Below are positions 6,537-14,923 of a DNA stretch of 32,000 nt, one piece after another. Made by a program: the position numbers and the translations under genes. Source of the stretch: Nitrososphaera viennensis EN76 (GTDB lineage: Archaea; Thermoproteota; Nitrososphaeria; Nitrososphaerales; Nitrososphaeraceae); contig NZ_CP007536.1 of assembly GCF_000698785.1 (NCBI RefSeq), forward strand, positions 2,160,001-2,192,000, written 5' to 3'. Below the pieces are notes generated by a model. The model was not told the origin of the DNA and searched no databases. It saw only the letters and a program-made list of their open reading frames with translations. Within the stretch, counting starts at the first letter, position 1. Each line of letters starts with the position of its first letter.

Positions 6537-8769
6537 ATGCTGCGGAAGAAACCTGCGCAAGTTCGACGCCTGTCTCAAACGAATATTGCATATTTGCAAC
6601 AATGATGTCCTGGTCCTTATCAAGATACCATCTATTGATGTCCTTAAAGTAGTGGTAAGGGATTGAAACCGTCTTCTTTTTAATCGTCTGCAACTGCTTC
6701 AACCTCTCTTTTCTGTCCTTGTTGCTGTTCAGCCCTGCCACTGCCTTGTCTATCTCTTCCTGATTTGCAGAATAGACTTGGCTTGGAATCACGCTGACAT
6801 TCAATATCCGTCTGAAAAGGCGCTGCGCTTCTGACTTTGTTTCGACAGAGAAATTATATTCTTCAAGCATCTTGATAGACGTGTCGAATTTAGCTTTGTA
6901 GCCTGAATCTTCAAGCGCGGGGTCGCCAAAAATACTCTGCACAAGTTCAAATTCATCTACGTCTGACATCAGAGAAGAGTTGTGCGTGCATAAGGCCTGC
7001 TCTGTAAGACTGACCAAGTCTTTGTCATAGATGCTCCCTTTGTCAGAGGGCACTGTGGCGACATAGATGTTGGGTTCGGCGCTTGAATATTCTGGCCTGT
7101 TGTTGCGCCACACTCTTCCCCACCTTTGGATCTGCGAATCGACACTCGATATTTCCGTCACCATTACGTCAAAATCGATATTCAGCGAAACCTCAGCAAG
7201 CTGGGTCGTTATCCATATCCCGTTTTGGCACTTCAAGATCCCAAATTGCTCTTTGAACTCCCTGTCTTCATACGTGAACATGGAGTGCAGAAGGAAAGCC
7301 TGGGTTTGCCTTTCCTGTATGCACGACTTGATCTTCTTGGCCATTTTCACAGTATTTGCAATGACCAGCACGCCTCTGTATTTCATGCTCAGGTTCACTA
7401 TCTGGTCTATCACCTCTGGGTCGTCGATAGCTTTTGGCATCATTCTCAGCCTGTGCCGTCCAGATGTCTTGAACTTTGGAGGAGGTCTTTCTATTCCGGG
7501 TATCCTTTCTGCTATGTAATCAAGATACATTTTTGGAAGCGTTGCCGTGATGATGCAAAACCTTCCTCCCAGTTCAGAGATATCTATGAGAGCTTTAAGT
7601 ATCACTGCAACCATGTCCGGATCGTATGACTGGATCTCGTCAACTACGAGCTTCGAATATGCCAAGGTGGCAAAGATCTTCTCGTATCCTGAGTATCTGA
7701 ATGCGGCAGTAAATATCTGGTCGGCTGTGCAGACCGAGATTGGCATGCCAAGCTGGCGCGCCGCGTCGATCTTCTGAAGGGTGTCTGATACCCCGTTATC
7801 TGAAGAACTGCCATCTAGGGTCGAGAGCGCGTACATTGCGCTGTCGCCGTGTAATAGGCCAATATTGTTGGATCTGTATGTCTCCTTGAGCCTTTCGTAC
7901 ATTGCATTGACCGAGGTTCGCATGGGCAACGCATAGAATGCCTTTTCACTATCTATCCATAGCAGCGCAAACTCGGTCTTTCCAGAACCGGTGCCGGCCT
8001 GTAGTATGACATTGTGTCCTGCGCTTGAACTCGCGTAGGGTGCTTGCCAGATATTCTGCGGCCTGACCTTCTTTTGCAGCGTGAGGTAATCTTTCACCTG
8101 TTGAGCTGAATGCTTGTTGGGAGCAACCTCGACAGCCATGTGCGCCGAGCCTGCATGATCAGCTCTGTGCAACAGCCCTTTCAGCAAAAGATAAAACCTT
8201 GCCTCTTCTGCCCCGTGTTGCACTTGCAATTTCCTGAGATACCGAGGAGAAGGTGACGCCAGGCCTCCTTCAAACAGTGGCTGCATTTCGTCAAGCTCTT
8301 TTATCCTTCCATCGACATCTTTTCTTATCGCGTCCTCAACAGGAATCCATGCTCTGTCGTTTAGCAGGTATTCTTTTCCTCTGCCGTGATGAAAAGCGAC
8401 TGCCTGGTAAATTGCGGGCTGAATCTTTTCTGGAAATGGCTCCGCAAGGTTATGGAGAAAAGCGGGAGAGATAATGTTGTGTGGTATGTCAATTATGCCT
8501 TTGGCAACCTGCAATAGCTCCGACTTGTTCCTCTTTGCCGCCTTCAATATCTTGTTTTGAAAGAGTGACTGCACCTTGCCTAGGTCGTGTACCTTGCATG
8601 CAAGAAACAGCGCGTCCCAGAAGAATTGTCGATATGACTCTGGAACAGACTGCAGAATCTTTGCCCCATAACTATCTTTGAGAGATTGCGCTTCCTTCAC
8701 CACAGTAAGGGTGTGGTTGTAGAGGGTCTCCGGATTATCTATTGGGGATGATTTGGCAAAGACCACCAA
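6529..8769 (-). CDS. cas3: Cas3 with an HD nuclease fused to the SF2 helicase
   Basis: 746 aa. N-terminal HD motifs are KVHDLGK and AFHHGRGK. Helicase motif I is AGTGSGKTE and motif II is VVDEIQSY. It is the last gene of the cas6-cas8b-cas7-cas5-cas3 operon, and its annotated start overlaps the cas5 end by 31 bp. Confidence 0.95.
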   Translation of the reverse strand: MVVFAKSSPIDNPETLYNHTLTVVKEAQSLKDSYGAKILQSVPESYRQFFWDALFLACKVHDLGKVQSLFQNKILKAAKRNKSELLQVAKGIIDIPHNIISPAFLHNLAEPFPEKIQPAIYQAVAFHHGRGKEYLLNDRAWIPVEDAIRKDVDGRIKELDEMQPLFEGGLASPSPRYLRKLQVQHGAEEARFYLLLKGLLHRADHAGSAHMAVEVAPNKHSAQQVKDYLTLQKKVRPQNIWQAPYASSSAGHNVILQAGTGSGKTEFALLWIDSEKAFYALPMRTSVNAMYERLKETYRSNNIGLLHGDSAMYALSTLDGSSSDNGVSDTLQKIDAARQLGMPISVCTADQIFTAAFRYSGYEKIFATLAYSKLVVDEIQSYDPDMVAVILKALIDISELGGRFCIITATLPKMYLDYIAERIPGIERPPPKFKTSGRHRLRMMPKAIDDPEVIDQIVNLSMKYRGVLVIANTVKMAKKIKSCIQERQTQAFLLHSMFTYEDREFKEQFGILKCQNGIWITTQLAEVSLNIDFDVMVTEISSVDSQIQRWGRVWRNNRPEYSSAEPNIYVATVPSDKGSIYDKDLVSLTEQALCTHNSSLMSDVDEFELVQSIFGDPALEDSGYKAKFDTSIKMLEEYNFSVETKSEAQRLFRRILNVSVIPSQVYSANQEEIDKAVAGLNSNKDRKERLKQLQTIKKKTVSIPYHYFKDINRWYLDKDQDIIVANMQYSFETGVELAQVSSAAFI

Positions 8770-9443
8770 AGCCAGTTTTCACCATCGTACCAGCACGCGA
8801 CGTCTGACTCTGCGACGTACGCCCCGCGTTCTACGTAGCGGAGATCCTCCCACTCAAAGTCTCGTATTAGTTTTGTCTGCTTTTTTATTTGCAGGGGCAC
8901 GAGCTTGGAATAGCTCGCAAGCTTGTAGGCGACTCCTCTTGCCTTCAAAGAGTCTGCCTCTTTTGCAGAGACATATGCATTATAGGGTAGGTGTGAGATG
9001 TCAAGTTTCCGTTTTTCTATATTCACGATGTTTGCCTCCTCGATTTTTATGATGTCTTCTGCTCTGCCGAGGTAGAGGAAATAGGGCGGATGCCTGAACG
9101 ATTCCAGAAGAGAGCGCAAATCCGAATCGTTTCTAGCGACAATGTGGATGAGTAATTTTACATCATACAGCGTATGAACGAGTAGGGGATACCTGTGAGA
9201 CTGGTATCCGCCGGTTTGTTCGTTGTATTTCTTGTACCACTGGTAATCCCTCATCAGGGCGCCATAGGTTCCTTGGATGGCAAGGTTGAACGAGCCCTTC
9301 TCGAGCTCTCTTCTGAGGAGCGTGGCCATCAATCCAAGCAGGGTAGATGGCGGAACAAGCGGGTAGCTCTCTACTATCTCGCTGCTGATGGGGTTCCTAT
9401 ACACAGCATTATGTTGATGGAGTCTTAGCCTGAGCGCCTGCAT
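8739..9443 (-). CDS. cas5: Cas5 (Cas5t/Cas5h-like, type I-B)
   Basis: 234 aa. The N-terminus RLRLHQHNAVYRNPISSEIVESYPLVPPSTLLGLMATLL is the typical Cas5 motif (YPLPPPST..G). The gene sits between cas7 and cas3. Confidence 0.9.
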   Translation of the reverse strand: MQALRLRLHQHNAVYRNPISSEIVESYPLVPPSTLLGLMATLLRRELEKGSFNLAIQGTYGALMRDYQWYKKYNEQTGGYQSHRYPLLVHTLYDVKLLIHIVARNDSDLRSLLESFRHPPYFLYLGRAEDIIKIEEANIVNIEKRKLDISHLPYNAYVSAKEADSLKARGVAYKLASYSKLVPLQIKKQTKLIRDFEWEDLRYVERGAYVAESDVACWYDGENWLWWSLPNHPQ

Positions 9444-9447
9444 CTTA

Positions 9448-10491
9448 TTACCTGTAATAAGCTGCTACCTGCTTCTTGAGTTCTGATATTGCGAATTCCG
9501 GCGAACCGACATGCGGCCGGGGTTCTTTGGAAAAGGATGCCTCAAATTCCCCGATGTTGTTTGCAAAAAAGCCCTCTCTGACTCCAATAAACGTGTCGCT
9601 TGCCACTGACCTTGCAATTTCCTTTCCAGAGTCGTCTTTAGACGCATACGAACTACCGATCATCTGCGTGAGCGACGAAGCCTTTACCTTTGGCCTGCTC
9701 TTCTCCCACTCGATATTCGTGATGTTCTCAAAGAATGGGTTGAGCGTGTCATAAACCCCTCCTACGATAAACAGTGGCTTGAGGTCTTCGCGCCTGCCTT
9801 TGATATCTCTGTACAGCCTTCCCAATATGTCGAGCAGCTGGCTCACGCGCTCTCTTTTCTTTTCCACTCCAATGTCGCGGTTCCGTAGACTCTTCAAAAA
9901 TGCCGCATAGTCCTTGTCATTTTCGGGCCTGCCGTCGTATGACACCCTCGTTCCTAGTTCGTCTGCCTCGGTGCCTATCCTGTGCAAGTCCACGCATACA
10001 GAATACCGGTACAATGACCTTTGATTCTCTATGTTGGCTATGTTCGGCGACAATTGTTTCTTGTCTGCCTGGTACTTGTTTGTCAGCATCTCGACGTCGC
10101 TGCTAAACGGCTCGAGCGCAATCGCAGGGAGCAGCCGGACTGGAGTAGTCCTAGTCACTATTGCTTCTTTTTTGTCAGTGATTTTCAAATTCGTCTGCAT
10201 GTAGCCAAAGAGATCGGATTCTTCGCTATCTATGATACTCGACGTAAGCTGGATTACCTTGCTGTCGCCCTTCCCAGCCGCTTCCACCTCTGCCTGCCTC
10301 CACCCGAATTCTTTTACGCCTTGGATGAAAATGGAATAGCGCAGAGACTGTCTGGAAGAATAAGAGAATACCTCGCCGTTTCCCCTGTGGAATTTTTTTA
10401 AGACTGAAAGGTTGCTCCCGAATCCTTCATCATAGTTCAACGACTGGGCTTCAAATATTATTGTGGCTGTGAGACCTTGTGGTGACAGCAT
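9448..10491 (-). CDS. cas7: Cas7 (Cst2/DevR-type backbone subunit, type I-B)
   Basis: 347 aa. The N-terminus TATIIFEAQSLNYDEGFGSNLSVLKKF...FSYSSRQSLRYSI matches the Cas7 pattern (N-terminal beta-strand followed by a conserved S/RQ..R). The gene sits between cas8b and cas5. Confidence 0.9.
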   Translation of the reverse strand: MLSPQGLTATIIFEAQSLNYDEGFGSNLSVLKKFHRGNGEVFSYSSRQSLRYSIFIQGVKEFGWRQAEVEAAGKGDSKVIQLTSSIIDSEESDLFGYMQTNLKITDKKEAIVTRTTPVRLLPAIALEPFSSDVEMLTNKYQADKKQLSPNIANIENQRSLYRYSVCVDLHRIGTEADELGTRVSYDGRPENDKDYAAFLKSLRNRDIGVEKKRERVSQLLDILGRLYRDIKGRREDLKPLFIVGGVYDTLNPFFENITNIEWEKSRPKVKASSLTQMIGSSYASKDDSGKEIARSVASDTFIGVREGFFANNIGEFEASFSKEPRPHVGSPEFAISELKKQVAAYYR

Positions 10492-10516
10492 CGAATATGA
10501 GTTTCGTATGTATTAT

Positions 10517-12250
10517 TTATTCTTGTTGCTGCTGCGAAGTCCTGCCGCCGAGAAAGCCCGACATGAACGCATACGCCCTGGCTTGGAATCCTATCTCGTC
10601 TTCTTTGTTGAGAAAGCCTATGATTGAATCAGGAACAGGCTTGTTTTGAGACATGTATATTTTCATCAGCGTGTCGCAGAAATCCTCAATGCGGCCGTTT
10701 CTTACCATGGAGAGCATCGAATACGACTTTCTCTTTCTTGTATCATAATCTATCACGTCAAAATTGCTTCCTTCGTTCTGTATGCTTTTCAAGATGCCAT
10801 AAATCTGCTTAGATTCTAGCAATGGACGCCCTCCTCCCTCGCGCTCAATGCCGGCTGCAATTGATGCACGTATGGAGGAAATAAGAGAAACATTAAAAAC
10901 ATTTCTCAACGAGTAGCCATCCCTTCTGTTCAGGTGTTCAAGCATCAGGGAATGGCAAAGTGGAAAGAGCGAATCATGCTCTAATATCCTAGCGACCACG
11001 TTGCGCTTAAGATTCACCACCAAGCCGTTTCCTATCTCAACTCGGCCGTAAATGTTGTCGAGGGCATTTGCTGCATATCTGTTTTCTTCTGTAAACAAGC
11101 TTGCAATGTCTTCGCCAATGTGGAAATAGCGAAAGTCTGGCCTTCCGCTATCCTTTCTTGGAGTGGTTCTTATCTCTATGAACAAGATGTTTGAGAGGGC
11201 CCATCTTGCCTTCATTTCGTGCTTGCTCAGAAATACGTCCTGAATGATGTCTTGATATATGGTGTCTTGGAGATTTTCATCTTCCCTTGCGTACAGGTTT
11301 TGTACGCTCTCATTTTCTTTCCACAGTAACTCCAGAGATGGCAAATTTACAAAGATGTTGTTAGTGTTATAGACTGTGTCTCTGAATCTGTATGGTATTT
11401 CTGTGAAACCTGCCCATGCAGAGATCAGCAAAAGTTCGCACACGTCGCAGACAAAAAGGTCGGGCTGCATATTGTAAAAAAAGTTCTTGAATTTGATCGT
11501 CAACGCGGTTGTCGAAAACATGCCTTCTGCAAAAATGGAATCGACGTCATCAAACTTGTCAGGTGCGACTCTGTTTTGCTTGCAAAACCTGCATAAAAAT
11601 CCCCCGTTGGATGACGAGGAAGAGCCGACGAGTTTGATTGCAGGTTTTACATATTCCTCATTGAAGGACTTTTTTCTTGCCTTGCTGGCGGGATTGGCAA
11701 TTACATTCTTGTTCCTGTAAAAGGAATTGAGGTAGATATATACAAAGTTCAGGCTCTTGTCGCGCAGCTGCTTTATGTTCTTGGAAACCGCCTCGTCAAG
11801 CTGCTTCTCTACTTTTGCAATATCCTTTTGATCCAAGGCAGGATATTTTGCCAGTTCCGTATCAGCTAGGTCTTTTGCCTTCTTTCCAAATTCTTCTGCG
11901 GCCTTGATTGTAGATTGTAACGTGGAATCAAAATCGTTGTAGTCTTGCTTGATTTTGCCAAGGCTGCTTTTCTCAAGCTTGGCAAACTTCGACCTGAGTT
12001 CTGCGAATTGCCGGTTGTCCAGAGTCTGCTTCAAGCCTGCAAATACCTCTGATCCCGGTCTGAATACTCCCTCAGCTTTCCTCATCAACACGTGGGTGAA
12101 ATACCAGTCTGTATAGCCTTCTAGGTCAGAAGGAGTGATCTCAATATACTCTTTAGATAGGTCCGGCAGTCTTTTGCCTGCAAGCTTGCGCATGCGTAGG
12201 TAACCTACGATGCCTGCGTTCATCAGCCAATCTCCTGCAACAATCCTCAT
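10517..12250 (-). CDS. cas8b: Cas8b large subunit (Cst1, CXXC-CXXC type)
   Basis: 577 aa. The N-terminus is GDWLMNAGIVGYLRM. Paired CXXC motifs are present (FLCRFCKQ ... FVCDVCEL), as in the cas_CXXC_CXXC/Cst1 family. A 4-bp overlap with upstream cas6 suggests translational coupling. Confidence 0.85.
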   Translation of the reverse strand: MRIVAGDWLMNAGIVGYLRMRKLAGKRLPDLSKEYIEITPSDLEGYTDWYFTHVLMRKAEGVFRPGSEVFAGLKQTLDNRQFAELRSKFAKLEKSSLGKIKQDYNDFDSTLQSTIKAAEEFGKKAKDLADTELAKYPALDQKDIAKVEKQLDEAVSKNIKQLRDKSLNFVYIYLNSFYRNKNVIANPASKARKKSFNEEYVKPAIKLVGSSSSSNGGFLCRFCKQNRVAPDKFDDVDSIFAEGMFSTTALTIKFKNFFYNMQPDLFVCDVCELLLISAWAGFTEIPYRFRDTVYNTNNIFVNLPSLELLWKENESVQNLYAREDENLQDTIYQDIIQDVFLSKHEMKARWALSNILFIEIRTTPRKDSGRPDFRYFHIGEDIASLFTEENRYAANALDNIYGRVEIGNGLVVNLKRNVVARILEHDSLFPLCHSLMLEHLNRRDGYSLRNVFNVSLISSIRASIAAGIEREGGGRPLLESKQIYGILKSIQNEGSNFDVIDYDTRKRKSYSMLSMVRNGRIEDFCDTLMKIYMSQNKPVPDSIIGFLNKEDEIGFQARAYAFMSGFLGGRTSQQQQE

Positions 12251-12945
12251 TGCACATCAACCTCTACAAACCCAAAGCCGTTGCTTCTACGATAGCCTAT
12301 GCCGGCTTGGTAAAAGAATTTCAAGACGTGAGGTGCTGCGTCCATGCGTAGGACTCCTGTGAAACCTAAAACCAATCCTCCATAGTGAGTCATTACCACT
12401 TTTTTAAACTTTAAAATCTCAAAGCTTATTCTGCCATAATCCTCTAGGCGATCACCGTTATGCAGCGCCCATTCTTCAGATAGTGCATTTTGGAATGATT
12501 CTGTAAATCCTTCTTCATTAGGAAGCACATGCTGATCTCTTTTCTGGTAATGGCGAATGACTATTGGAGATAGAGTTGCAAAGATCACACAATCTCTTTT
12601 TAGCTGTTCTTCTTTGATATGCGATACCAAAGGATTCGCTATTTGCGTATCATATATTGGAAATTCTTTGATTGATAAAAGGCTATTGTACAATAGCGTT
12701 CCAAGCATCAGTGAGGCTGACGAGACATACAACCTAACGTTACTGCCAATGATGATTTTCTTGTCTTTTATTATTGGCCTTCGGTCAAACCTTATTGCAA
12801 AGGATAAAGGGGCTGTATCGATGCTTTGTGAAGTAGCACTCCTAGCCTTGTCCAAAGCAGTCTTTATTAAAGATACAAATCCTGCACGGTAATCTATGGG
12901 AAGTTCAGCCGGACCAGTAACGTCATAGGTGACTGAAAATCTCAA
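12247..12945 (-). CDS. cas6: Cas6 endoribonuclease, operon-encoded and divergent from the 5766-6536 copy
   Basis: 232 aa with a TTG start. The C-terminal glycine-rich loop is AGIGYRRSNGFGFVEV. It is the first gene of the effector operon. Confidence 0.85.
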   Translation of the reverse strand: MRFSVTYDVTGPAELPIDYRAGFVSLIKTALDKARSATSQSIDTAPLSFAIRFDRRPIIKDKKIIIGSNVRLYVSSASLMLGTLLYNSLLSIKEFPIYDTQIANPLVSHIKEEQLKRDCVIFATLSPIVIRHYQKRDQHVLPNEEGFTESFQNALSEEWALHNGDRLEDYGRISFEILKFKKVVMTHYGGLVLGFTGVLRMDAAPHVLKFFYQAGIGYRRSNGFGFVEVDVQ

Positions 12946-12970
12946 TAATTTCGTATAAAATTAGCCGAAC

Positions 12971-12987
12971 CTATTAAAGTTTAATAG
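12971..12987. promoter_or_regulatory. 17-bp palindrome CTATTAAAGTTTAATAG that supplies back-to-back TATA-like boxes for the divergent cas operons
   Basis: Read directly. TTTAATAG faces each direction. One centre is about 30 nt from the TTG start of cas6 (12945) and the other about 39 nt from the cas4 ATG (13023). Confidence 0.45.
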
Positions 12988-13022
12988 AAAAAGATAACAT
13001 CTATCCGATCATACGTTAATGC

Positions 13023-13553
13023 ATGCAGACACTGCCTGATGAACTTTTCAAACAAGGCGAAAATCTTCAATTTACCGGCACCCAGATCAACTACTACTTT
13101 GTCTGCAAGCGCAAGCTGTGGTTCTTTTCCCACAACATGACGCTGGAATCCGATTCTGACCTGGTACTGATGGGCAAGCTTTTGCATGAGAACAGCTACA
13201 AGCGCAAACCCATGAAAGAAATCGAGATAGACAGGATAAAGATAGATTTTGTCGAAAAATCAAAAGAGGTACACGAAGTCAAGCGATCAAGGAAAATCGA
13301 AGACGCCCACATTTACCAGCTGCTGTACTACCTGTATTTTCTAAAAAAGTCGGCAGGCTTGGAGGCAAAAGGCGTGCTGGACTACCCACTTTTAAAGAAA
13401 AAAGTTAATGTCGAGCTTACATCAGACAAAGAAACAGAGTTGGCAGGCATTCTAGCTAATGTGGGAAGCATAATTAATCAAGACAAGCCTCCTGAGGCAG
13501 AGTGGAAGTCGTACTGCAAAAACTGCGCGTACAGGGAACTGTGCTGGGGATAG
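13023..13553 (+). CDS. cas4: Cas4 RecB-like nuclease with a 4-Cys cluster
   Basis: 176 aa. It has an N-terminal Cys (YYFVCKRKLWF), nuclease motifs IDFVEK...EVHEVKRS and QLLYY, and the C-terminal CKNCAYRELC. Confidence 0.92.
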   Translation: MQTLPDELFKQGENLQFTGTQINYYFVCKRKLWFFSHNMTLESDSDLVLMGKLLHENSYKRKPMKEIEIDRIKIDFVEKSKEVHEVKRSRKIEDAHIYQLLYYLYFLKKSAGLEAKGVLDYPLLKKKVNVELTSDKETELAGILANVGSIINQDKPPEAEWKSYCKNCAYRELCWG

Positions 13554-13563
13554 GACAAAAAAT

Positions 13564-14550
13564 ATGCGCGACTATTACATTTTTAAAAGCGGGCGGATTC
13601 GCAGGAGCGAAAACACAGTTGAGTTTGAAAACTCCAATGGCGAAAAGAAATCCCTGCCAATAAACGACGTCTACTGCATCCACCTCTTTGGAGAAATAGA
13701 CCTGAACACGAAATTGATCGTATTCATGAACCAGCACGGAATACCCCTGCATTTCTATAACTATTACGGATACTATTCTGGAAGCTTTTACCCGAGAGAA
13801 AAACTGCTGTCTGGATTCCTCATAGTCAAGCAGGTGGAACACTACATCGACCCGTCAAAGAGGCTGCAGATAGCAAAGGAATTTGTCAATACAGCAATAA
13901 CCAACATCCTGACAAACCTCGACCACTACAAAAAGAGCGGCAAAGACGTTGGCGCGTTCATCGACAAAATCAAAGACGAGTCTGCAGCCCTTGAAAGTGC
14001 TTCAACCGTATCCGAACTCATGGGCATCGAAGGGAGGGCAAGAGATGCCTACTACTCTTCCTTCAACTCGTTTCTAAGAGAAGGGTTTGAGTTTGAAAAG
14101 AGGACCAAGATGCCACCACAAAACATGATCAACAGCCTGATATCGTTTGGAAACTCCTTGATGTATGCCACCGTGCTGACAGAGATATACCACACGCAGC
14201 TGACCCCTACGGTAAGCTACCTTCACGAGCCGGGAGAGAGGCGGTATTCGCTTGCGCTGGACGTAAGCGAAGTCTTCAAGCCCCTAATCGTGGACAGGGT
14301 GATATTCAACCTGATAAACAACAGGATCATAAAAGAAGAACACTTTGTTGAGGAGCTTAACTTCTGCTATCTCAACGAGCAGGGCAGGCGCACATTCCTA
14401 GCAGAATACCAAAAGAAACTCGATACCACAATCAACAATGCTCGCCTGAAACGCAATATCAGCTACCAACGACTGATACGGATAGAGTGCTTTAAACTCG
14501 TAAAACATCTTCTGGGCGAGAAGGATTACCGGGGATTGAGGAGCAAGTAG
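13564..14550 (+). CDS. cas1: Cas1 integrase
   Basis: 328 aa. Conserved blocks are MGIEGRARDAYY and YLHEPGERRYSLALDVSEVFKPLIVD. It lies 10 nt after cas4 and 9 nt before cas2. Confidence 0.95.
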   Translation: MRDYYIFKSGRIRRSENTVEFENSNGEKKSLPINDVYCIHLFGEIDLNTKLIVFMNQHGIPLHFYNYYGYYSGSFYPREKLLSGFLIVKQVEHYIDPSKRLQIAKEFVNTAITNILTNLDHYKKSGKDVGAFIDKIKDESAALESASTVSELMGIEGRARDAYYSSFNSFLREGFEFEKRTKMPPQNMINSLISFGNSLMYATVLTEIYHTQLTPTVSYLHEPGERRYSLALDVSEVFKPLIVDRVIFNLINNRIIKEEHFVEELNFCYLNEQGRRTFLAEYQKKLDTTINNARLKRNISYQRLIRIECFKLVKHLLGEKDYRGLRSK

Positions 14551-14559
14551 CTGGACAGG

Positions 14560-14823
14560 ATGTATGCCATTATAGTATACGACGTCGGAGTGGAAAGAAT
14601 CGATGCAGTACGCCACATTCTGAAAAAGTACCTGACATGGATTCAGAATTCCGCGTTTGAGGGAGAAATAACTACGGGTAAACTAGAAGAGGTTCGAATT
14701 TTGATTGCAAATGTAATAGACAAGGAAAAGGATTCCGTTGTAGTCTACTCTATTAACAATCCGGCGTGGATTGAGAAGAAAACATGGGGAAGAGATAAAG
14801 GAACCACGGATAACGTTCTATGA
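14560..14823 (+). CDS. cas2: Cas2
   Basis: 87 aa. The N-terminal beta-strand MYAIIVYDV carries the catalytic Asp. The size and the position next to cas1 and the array fit Cas2. Confidence 0.93.
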   Translation: MYAIIVYDVGVERIDAVRHILKKYLTWIQNSAFEGEITTGKLEEVRILIANVIDKEKDSVVVYSINNPAWIEKKTWGRDKGTTDNVL

Positions 14824-14923
14824 CAGAAGGCAGTCCGCATTTATAAAGAAATTGCAGCATCGGAGGCTGACCCAAATGTTGATAAATCAAGAGAATGTAT
14901 GAGAAGGTGCCCAAAATTTGGGG
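14824..14923 (+). promoter_or_regulatory. Putative CRISPR leader (100 bp) with the TATA-like box TTTATAAA at 14840-14847
   Basis: It lies between the cas2 stop and the first repeat. The repeat orientation (3' end ATTGAAAG, the canonical 8-nt crRNA 5' handle) places transcription on the plus strand from this side. Confidence 0.55.

Noticed and set aside
12981-13187. ORF-track entry of 68 aa on the minus strand across the cas4 start.
   Set aside because: It overlaps the cas4 5' end and the divergent promoter and has no motif. It is a shadow of cas4.
14690-14698. GGTTCGAAT, resembling a tRNA T-arm.
   Set aside because: It lies inside the well-supported cas2 reading frame, and no acceptor, D-arm or anticodon-arm complementarity surrounds it. 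No tRNA was found elsewhere in the window.
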